NCBI GenBank assembly: GCA_039593615.1 | Contig: JBCNOY010000024.1 | Location: forward strand, 2,382-66,381 | DNA from: Enterobacterales bacterium | GTDB taxonomy: Bacteria; Pseudomonadota; Gammaproteobacteria; Enterobacterales; Enterobacteriaceae | Direction of reading: 5' to 3' | DNA: 64,000 bases | Shown here: positions 59,901-64,000 of the stretch, in pieces | Position numbering within the stretch: position 1 is the stretch's first letter | How the letters are laid out: each line of letters begins with the position of its first letter | Program-made: the position numbers and the translations under genes | The notes under the pieces: generated by a model | What the model saw: only the letters and a program-made list of their open reading frames with translations | What the model was told of the DNA's origin: nothing | Database searches by the model: none

Positions 59901-60981
59901 CACGGTAAGCACGGTGTCGGATTTCACCACGCTGGCGGTCACCACCGCCGCGACGGTCACCGGTAACCTGCTGACCAACGACACCAGCTCCATCGCCGGG
60001 ACGATTCCGTCCGGCACGGCGGTGGCGTCGGTGGGCAGCAGCACGGTGGCGTCCAGCGGCAATACGGTGATCAACACCACCTACGGTACGCTGACCATTG
60101 ATGCGAAGGGTAACTACACCTACACGCTGAAGGCCGGGCTGGATATCGATACCCTGCCATCAGCGGACACCTTCACCTACTCGGTGCGGGATGCCAGCGG
60201 TGCAGTGACCTCGGCGACGCTGACGGTGACGCTGCATAACGGTGCGGCCACCGCGCTGTTCGCCACCACCAGTCTGGCGGCGGAAACCACCACCAGCAGC
60301 GAGCACGATGCCAGCGGCAGCATCTGGGGAGACAGCAACGTCAGCCACAGCGGCACGCTGAGCATCCTCAATGAGCACGGCGATCTCACCACCGTGAGCA
60401 GCGTGGGCAGCACGGCGGTGGCCGGGGACTTTGGTGTGCTGACCATCGCCGCCAACGGTAGCTATACCTATACCCTGAACGCGGATGTGAATATCCAGAA
60501 CATCACGCATAAGGAGGTGTTTACCTACACCCTGGCGTCGTCCGACGGCACCATCACCAGCAACACCTTTACCATTGAGCTCCACCCGACCATCACGGGC
60601 AGCGCCGCGGCTGACAGCCTAACCAGCAGCGCCTACGACGACACCATTACCAGCGGTGCCGGCGCAGATACGCTGGTTTACCACCTGCTGAGCAGCGCAG
60701 ATGCCACCGGTGGCAACGGCCATGACACCTGGACCGACTTCAGCGTCGCGCAGGGTGACAAGATCGACGTCAGCAGTCTGCTGATCGGCTGGAATGATTC
60801 CACCAGTAATATCAATGACTTTGTGAAAGTGGATCATACCGCGGACGGCAATACGGTGTTGTCGATTGACCGTGACGGCAGCGGCACGGGGTACAGCAGT
60901 ACGCAGCTGATTACCCTGGAAGGCGTAAACGTCTCACTGGAGGAGTTGCTGCAGCAACCGCATCAAAACCACACGGCTTAG
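47956..60981 (+). CDS. Giant BapA-like Ig-repeat adhesin, type I secretion substrate (4341 aa; alternative start 47998)
   Basis: BapA-prefix N-domain (PSVVKL...R.GSDLVV...DLVL), hydrophobic stretch plus poly-Gly linker, roughly 35 ~100-aa repeats (TNDTTP.LSG.AE.GS...G.WSFT...G.HSL...D.AGN), VCBS-like YGTLTI..G.YTY units, C-terminal DATGGNGHDTWTDFS..GDKID secretion domain. Confidence 0.95.
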   Translation: MDAIKLITARDIDKMNNISVTPKGGTIATEVSGNQVNLTAPSVVKLNLNQADIKSFTRNGSDLVVTTKSGEVVVIHKFYDANGDSDLVLQDDKGALWWVEDPGTEGFQFVSIDSTEGLLAENVTGDGTLTAFGIAGAALAGIGALIAGNNGGGGGGGGDNGGGDNGGGGDTTAPAAVSDLLITDNAGSVQGAITGGTSTDDNTPTLSGTAEAGTIVSIYDGTTLLGTVTVGADGRWSFTTPALGEGQHSLTVTVTDAAGNTSPATSPVDFTVDTQPPAVATDVALTNNSGGSTTPVPNGSSSDDNTPTLSGRGEAGAVVSVYDGQTLLGTALVGANGNWSFTTPALSNGSHSLTVTLTDAAGNVSAASSPFVVTIQAGLPSTSSSLQITDDSDATLRTLSDGASTKDSTPVLSGLASANAVITLYNGTTLLGSTIADGSGQWRFTPATLADGTYAFRAVATDAAGNVTTSVTLTVTIDTVAPGAAGDLLLTGDSNGTVTPIAAGGSSNDNTLVLSGTAEAGSTVTVRDGNVVLGTAIVGSNGSWSFTTPALSDGNHSLTTTVTDSAGNTGPASAAIVVTVDTTAPAAIGDLQVIDNVGASQGPLTSGATTDDNTPTLSGSGEAGALISIYDGSTLLGNTLVGANGSWSFTTPALSNGSHSLTVTQTDAAGNVSSATAEFVVNVDAALPPASASIELVGDSGNTLVSLQNGAVTNDDSPTLAGLTRAGSLVRIFDGGDLLGSTTADGNGQWSFALSNLSEGGHAFSATITDVDGNVIDTVTLNITVDTTPPAAASDLALLNDAGSTAQPVTGGSAINDATPLLSGTAEAGSIVTIRDGNTVLGSVSVGSNGSWSFTTPALGEGNHSLSTTVTDAAGNVSPASTPIAFSVDTTAPAAVSGLQVTDNAGSATGALASGQTTDDRTPTLSGSAEAGAVVRIYDGTTLLGSVTAGSNGSWSFTPDALTNGQHSLTTTVTDAAGNVSPASPVFTVNIEAGVPATSSLLIVTDDNGSTLVELANNDSTTDSTPILSGQAGAGDLVTLYNGSTVLGSVVAGSNGQWSFTPAALADGTYAFRASADNGSGTVTDSPVITITIDTVAPAAPTGIQLTNDDGDPLGTGSTNVAAPTLSGSGEAGGVVIISDGGTVIGSTTVGNDGNWSFTTPPLSDGSHSLTSTVTDAAGNTGPASTPVTVTVDTQAPAAAGNLQLSNGDGTPVAAGGSTNDTTPTLSGTAEPGSTVTVSDGDTVLGTATAGSDGSWSFTPTDPLSEGQHNLTSTVTDTAGNTGPGSTAVIVIVDTSAPAVASELLLSNDQSGTPVPVSNGLTNDTTPVLSGRAEPGSTVTISDGDTVLGTATVGNDGSWSFTAPVLAAGDHSLTATVTDTAGNTSEPSAALSFTIDTTTPAAPGNVQLSDDQSGTPVLITSGATNDTTPVLSGSGTAGSTITVSDGNTVLGTTTVNDDGSWSFTPATALGEGPHSLTATETSPAGNTSAPSAPLEVNIDLTDPAPAADLLLVNDQGATPLPIAADGVTNDTTPLFSGSAEPGSLVAIYDNGSVIGSAQADANGNWSFTPDPALEAGTHSLTTIVTDTAGNSGPTSDAFDFTIDLTTPSAAVDVVLNNDNGETPQPINSGTATNDTTPQLSGTADAGSTVTILDGNTVLGSVLVGAGGTWTYAVPTLSQGEHSLTTTVTSPAGNVSAPSAAIDFTVDTTAPAEPTGLLLVNDEVDPAVPVASGGATNDTTPVLSGSAEPDSVVIVRDNGVIIGSATAGNDGSWRFTPDTALEAGSHSLTASVTDPAGNVGPESAPYTFTVDLTPPAAPVDVVLSNNDGSTLVAIAANGATNDTTPQLSGSATAGSIITVYDGDSTTPIGSVTVGADGSWQFVTGTLDEGDHSLTVTVTDAAGNVSDPSAPISFTVDTTAPDAVVDLLLVNNNVDPATPITSGSTTNDSTPLLSGTAEPNSTIIVYDGQTPIGTATAGNDGAWTFSPELTDGSHSLSVTVTDVAGNVSAPSASVAITVDTVAPSAVTQLSVASDNGNGDPVTIPNGGLTSDNTPVLSGSGDPGSLIVITSQNGPVGSVTVGSSGSWSFTPASALSDGSYTLTVVARDAAGNVSAPVTAQLVIDATAPDQVTEISLSNDNGSALVDIPSGSTTSDTTPLLAGVAEPGSTVNILDNGAPIGTAIADSDGAWSFNVPTLTNAAHSLTVTVTDAAGNTGPASAPITFTVDSQAPAQATLEVNNDNGTDLVLVPDGTFTNDNTPRLSGTAEADSLVTIYDGNVVLGSTTANADGEWVFLSPVLTDGQHTLTATVTDSLGNVSAPSSSFTVQVDATPPQPVSAVLLQNDNDPDNLVTIANGGATNDNTPLLSGSGEPGGLVNVYNGNVLVGSATVDSEGNWSLNTSPLDNGSYTLTVVVSDNAGNVSDPVSIGVTVNTVGPDPVLSFEVNTNNGPTALPLVDGSFTNDTTPVLSGTAQAGAIINLLQDDTVIGSVVADANGVWRFETSALQDGSYAFSVQVVDAAGNVSEPVGPVNVTVDTLAPDAVPDLVVADNVGGTTGPLDDGASTDDNTPTLSGTAEAGSTVNIYDGTTLLGTALAGSGGAWSFTTAALNNGPHSFTVTVTDAAGNVSTATPAFSLNVQADLPPATSTLQITDDTGTTLVTLADGAVTRDTTPTLSGSAEAGQLIRIYDANTDAVITSVTADANGQWSYTPTLAEGSYAYYITAQNPGGDEGTPSATLGFTVDITAPAVAADVVISNDRSGTAVPISDGSVINDNTPVLSGSAEVGSLVTVYDGSTAIASVVVGAGGSWTLTTPALSEGTHALSVGVSDAAGNSSDRTPALSFTVDSIAPNASTLVITNDDTAQPVLNGGYSSDATPTLSGVAEAGSTVTILNNDDVLTTLTVPSSGNWSYTPATALSEGSHTLSVSVTDAAGNVSTSTSATVIVDTLAPDDLTLTASNNNGSTPVTIADGDTTNDNTPLLRGVAEAGSVVTIRLDGDVVASLTVGSSGNWSYTSAALSDGSHTFSVTETDAAGNTGEALSVTLIVDATPPLVATNLTITNDVTGVSIPAGGATNDTTPTLSGSAEANATVSVYDGNTLLGTAQVNGSGAWSFVSPTLGNGAHALSVAVTDAAGNTGPRTTPVTITVDTVAPGAATLVVTNDVSGSVIPNGGVTSDTTPVLSGRAEAGSIVTVLDGTTLVGSALVGSDGNWTLTPATALSETLHTLNVTVTDAAGNVSATTSATLVIDTTPPVAITGLAAVNNNGSTPVAIAAGGVTNDSTPRLSGTAEANSIVTIRDGDTVLGSVTAASNGSWSFVTGTLSDGLHTFSVTATDAAGNTGPAASLALTVDTAPPLAATGLTLTNDVTGVAIVNNGVTNDSTPTLQGTAEANAIVTVYDGNTLLGTVQANASGSWSFVSPTLSNAAHALSVTVTDSAGNVSPRSEVINLTVDTVAPANTSLTIINDATGATIVNGGATNDTTPTLRGSVSAAEAGARVTILDNGLALGTAIVQADGSWSFTPLAALSAGPHPITVTVTDAAGNVSGTTAATVIIDTTAPAAITNLLALNNNGSTAVTIPNNGVTNDSTPLLSGNGEAGARITVYDGTTLLGSTTVGSNGSWSFVVGNALSNGSHTLNVTQTDPAGNVSPQVSTTLIVDTVVPVASTLTIIDDISGTPVTLANGAFTRDTTPTLRGTTEAGAVVTIYDGASAIGSVTAGSDGSWSFTTATLANGAHTLSTTVTDAAGNVSTGNITATVNVDTLPPAAVSGLAINSAGTLVTGSGEVGATVTVRDASGNALGTTTVGSGGNWSVTLTTAQITGAPLSVIQTDRAGNVSPGASLTGAIRIVATNDSNEVDYTSTQATVNNGTVNSSHTALLTVGLGTVLNASVLNNGNAYLFSVGNDDSRTVTLNGSVTSLGVAANYSLNLYEQQANGSWQLISIKTNYINALLTIGTLKGANVTYTGLGTGNYAVVVAATTNISVLPTTTVSTVSDFTTLAVTTAATVTGNLLTNDTSSIAGTIPSGTAVASVGSSTVASSGNTVINTTYGTLTIDAKGNYTYTLKAGLDIDTLPSADTFTYSVRDASGAVTSATLTVTLHNGAATALFATTSLAAETTTSSEHDASGSIWGDSNVSHSGTLSILNEHGDLTTVSSVGSTAVAGDFGVLTIAANGSYTYTLNADVNIQNITHKEVFTYTLASSDGTITSNTFTIELHPTITGSAAADSLTSSAYDDTITSGAGADTLVYHLLSSADATGGNGHDTWTDFSVAQGDKIDVSSLLIGWNDSTSNINDFVKVDHTADGNTVLSIDRDGSGTGYSSTQLITLEGVNVSLEELLQQPHQNHTA

Positions 60982-61052
60982 TGGGTGTAACGCAGGGAAG
61001 CATAACGGGCACAGGGAGGTGCCCCTTTCTCTCTTTTACTGGTGAACAATCG

Positions 61053-62516
61053 ATGGATCTGATGCAATCAGGCGCAACAACTCGCCGTACCTGTAAGCTC
61101 AGCGCCCTGTGTGCTGGCATTGTGTTTTTTCACAGTTCTCATCTTATGGCTGCCAGTGATGCCGTGACGCAGGCGGGGCGCATAACCTCAGCCGGTCTGG
61201 CGCAGCAGCAGGATCTTCCCTCCTTAACCGGTCAGGTGGCCGAACCCGCGCTGGCTAACGTGCCGGATACCTTAACCCTTAACCAGGCAGTGCAGCGTGC
61301 CATCCAGTGGCATCCGGACATCGCCCAGGCGATTGGCAAAATGCTGGAGCAGGCCAGCCAGGTCGATGTGGCGCAGGCCAAATACTATCCGCAAATCAGC
61401 GCCGGTATGAACAACGGCTACAGCAACGCCTACAGCGAGAAAGGCTTCAGCCCGTCATTTGTGCTGTCGGTATCACAGATGCTCTACGACTTCGGCAAAG
61501 TGGCAGCCAGGTGCGCGCCGAGAGCGCGGCGTTGCCCAGCAGCAGGCCAACGTGCTGGTGAGTATCGACACCATCGCCCACGATACCGCCGTCGCCATGG
61601 TGCAGGTGCAGACCTGGCAGCAGATGGTCGACACCGCCAAAGAGCAGCTTGAGGCTCTTTCCTCCATCGGCACGCTGACCCGCCAGCGTAACGACGAAGG
61701 GGCGCCACGTCGCTCTCTGACGTGGTGCAGACCGATGCCCGTATCGAAGGCGCGCGCGCCCAGCTGATGCAGTACCAGGCCAGCCTGCAGACCGCGCCCG
61801 CGCCACGCTGATGAGCTTTCTCGGCTGGAACAGCCTGAACGCGATCAGCAATGACTTTCCGCAAAAGCTGGCCCGCAGCTGCGATGTCGCCGAGCCGGAC
61901 GACCGCCTGGTTCCTGCGGTGCTCGCCGCCTGGGCGCAGGCTAACGTCGCCCAGGCTAACCTCGACTACGCCGACGCGCAGATGACGCCAACCGTCTCGC
62001 TGGAGCCGGAGGTGCGCTCACTACATGAACGATCGCTACGCGGGCAGCGAAACGCGGGATCGCACCCAGTATTCCGCATGGGTGAAAGTTCAGATGCCGC
62101 TCTATCAGGGCGGCGGCCTCACCGCAGGCGTAACGCGATGCGGCGGACAGCGCGGTGGAGGCGGCCAATGCGGCGGTGAACTCGGCGCGTCTCGATGTCC
62201 GCAGCAGCAGCTCAGCGAATCGCAAACCGAAGCGCTGAGCCTGTCGCAAAGCACGCTGCAAATACAGGGCCGCCAGGAGGCGCTCAGCGCCCGCACCCGC
62301 GAGCTGTACCAGCAGCAGTATCTTGACCTCGGCTCGCGCCCGCTGCTCGACGTGCTCAACGCCGAACAGGAGGTTTATCAGGCGCGCTTCATCCAGCAGC
62401 AGACCCTCGGTCAGTTACACCAGCTGCAGCTCAACTGCCTGTATAACACCGGGCAATTGCGTCATGCGTTCGACCTTGATAACCGCACCATCCAGACCGT
62501 GGAGATCCAGCCATGA
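61053..62516 (+). CDS. TolC-family outer-membrane channel of the adhesin T1SS (multiple frameshifts)
   Basis: AIQWHP, YYPQI, SQMLYDFGK, PLYQGG, YLDLGSRPLLDVLNAEQE; position after the adhesin. Confidence 0.9.
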
Positions 62517-64000
62517 AGCAGCGTGATATCCCGCAAGGTGAAAACATGACGGATGAGGCGCTGGCGCAGTGGGCGCAGGCCTTTGGCTTTATCGCCACGC
62601 GCTACCGCGTCGCCTGCTCGCCCGGCGCGCTGATCGCAGGCGCACCGTGGCTGAAAGGCAAACCGATGGTGCCCGCCCTCACCCAGCTGGCGCGTGAGGC
62701 GGGGCTGTCGTTTCAGCTGCTCACCGCTGACCAGCAGTCGATCAACAGCTGGCGTCTGCCGGTGGTGGTGGCGCTGAATGACGGCCGGGTCGGCGCGATC
62801 GAGCACTTCGACGGCGACGACACGCTGGAAGTCAGCTTCTTCGACGACCAGACCTACACTAACCGGCTGTCGATGACGGCCATGCTGCCCGCCATCCGCC
62901 ACGTCATTGCCCTGCGGCCACTCGCCGCGCTGAAGGACAGCCGCGTGGATGCCTATATCTCAAAATATCGCCCGGACTGGCTCTACCGGCTGGTGATGCG
63001 CGATCTCCGCCCCTACAGCTGGGTAATGCTGGCCGCGCTGTTTATCAACGTGCTGTCGCTTTCCGGGATCGTTTTTTCCATGCAGGTCTATGACCGGGTG
63101 ATCCCCGCCCAGTCCTACCCGACGCTGTACGTCCTGACCATCGGGGTGCTGATCGCCACCCTGTTTGGCTTCGTGCTGCGCGTGGCGCGCGGGCACATTA
63201 TGGATCTGCTCGGCAAGCGCTCGGATATGCGCGTCTCGGATCGCGTCTTCGGCCACGCGCTGCGGCTGCGCAACAGCGCGATCCCCCGCTCCACCGGCAG
63301 CTTTATCTCTCAGCTGCGCGAGCTGGAGCAGATCCGCGAGATGGTCACCTCGTCCACCATCTCGACGATTGTCGACCTGCCCTTCTTTTTACTGTTCGTG
63401 GTGGTGCTGGCGATCATCGCCCCGCAGCTGGCGTGGATCGCCCCGGTCGCGGCGGTGATCATGGTCCTGCCCGGCCTGCTGCTGCAGAAAAAGCTGGCGG
63501 AGCTGGCAAAGCAGTCGGCCCATGAATCAACCCTGCGCAATGCGGTGCTGGTGGAGAGCGTGCAGGGGCTGGAGGACATCAAGCTGATGCAGGCGGAAAA
63601 CCGCTTTTTGCAGCAGTGGAACAGCTATATCCAGATCACCGCCGAATCCGGCCTGCGCACCCGCGAGCTGACGCAGAACCTGATCAGCTGGGGGATGACC
63701 ATCCAGAGCCTGGTTTACGCCGCCGTGATTGTGGTCGGCGCGCCGATGGTGATCGACGGCACCCTGACCACCGGCTCGGTGGTCGCCGCGTCGATGCTGG
63801 CCTCCCGCATGATCGCCCCGATGGCGACGCTGTGCGGCGTGCTGGCCCGCTGGCAGCAGGTCAAAGCGGCAAAAGAGGGGCTGGACAGCATCATGCAGCT
63901 CCCCACCGAAAACCAGCGCGAGGAGACGCCGATCCGCCAGGACGTTCTGCGCGGTCACTACCTCTTTGAGCAGGCGCAGTTCCGCTATCAGCCGGACGAT
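62513..64000 (+). CDS. Type I secretion permease/ATPase (LssB/BapC-like), runs off the window end
   Basis: Manual reading from ATG 62513: MKQRDIPQGE..., C39-like N-domain (WRLPVVV), FSMQVYDRVIP, VDLPF, LVESVQGLEDIK; start overlaps the TolC stop (ATGA). Confidence 0.9.
   Translation, partial: MKQRDIPQGENMTDEALAQWAQAFGFIATRYRVACSPGALIAGAPWLKGKPMVPALTQLAREAGLSFQLLTADQQSINSWRLPVVVALNDGRVGAIEHFDGDDTLEVSFFDDQTYTNRLSMTAMLPAIRHVIALRPLAALKDSRVDAYISKYRPDWLYRLVMRDLRPYSWVMLAALFINVLSLSGIVFSMQVYDRVIPAQSYPTLYVLTIGVLIATLFGFVLRVARGHIMDLLGKRSDMRVSDRVFGHALRLRNSAIPRSTGSFISQLRELEQIREMVTSSTISTIVDLPFFLLFVVVLAIIAPQLAWIAPVAAVIMVLPGLLLQKKLAELAKQSAHESTLRNAVLVESVQGLEDIKLMQAENRFLQQWNSYIQITAESGLRTRELTQNLISWGMTIQSLVYAAVIVVGAPMVIDGTLTTGSVVAASMLASRMIAPMATLCGVLARWQQVKAAKEGLDSIMQLPTENQREETPIRQDVLRGHYLFEQAQFRYQPDD

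Noticed and set aside
48189-60837. Long antisense ORFs (up to 819 aa) within the adhesin, and similar ones over thrC, talB, dnaK, dnaJ and the Ig protein
   Set aside because: Shadow frames caused by GC-rich codon bias; no motifs or RBS support

Overview
Enterobacterales chromosomal window with two conserved blocks: thrABC-yaaA-talB-mog-MFS-satP-dnaK-dnaJ (1-12.0 kb) and speC-mltC-yggX-mutY-trmB-yggL-yggN...hemW-rdgB-yggU/T/S/R-yqgF/E-gshB-rsmE-endA-sprT-galP-metK-speA (22-46.4 kb). Three accessory loci sit between or after them. (i) A Fur-boxed iron/haem cluster (YqjH-like SIP, YqjI-like PadR, SelW/Rdx, TonB receptor, hmuSTUV, AcuI-like reductase) lies at the dnaJ/speC synteny break. (ii) An orphan 751-aa Ig-like, probably type I-secreted protein lies between yggN and hemW. 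(iii) An EAL-only protein, a 4341-aa BapA-like adhesin, a TolC-family protein and a T1SS ATPase occupy the place where speB usually follows speA. The most interesting unannotated signals are two short ORFs with strong Shine-Dalgarno sites in the long leaders of the two polyamine decarboxylase genes: a 32-aa SpeFL-like peptide before speC and a 45-aa Arg-rich peptide before speA. Caveat: many core genes carry several frameshifts and a few stretches are garbled, while the accessory genes are intact. I infer a chimeric or mis-polished consensus (Pantoea-like backbone, Enterobacter-like core coding sequence), so the frameshifted genes are not called pseudogenes.
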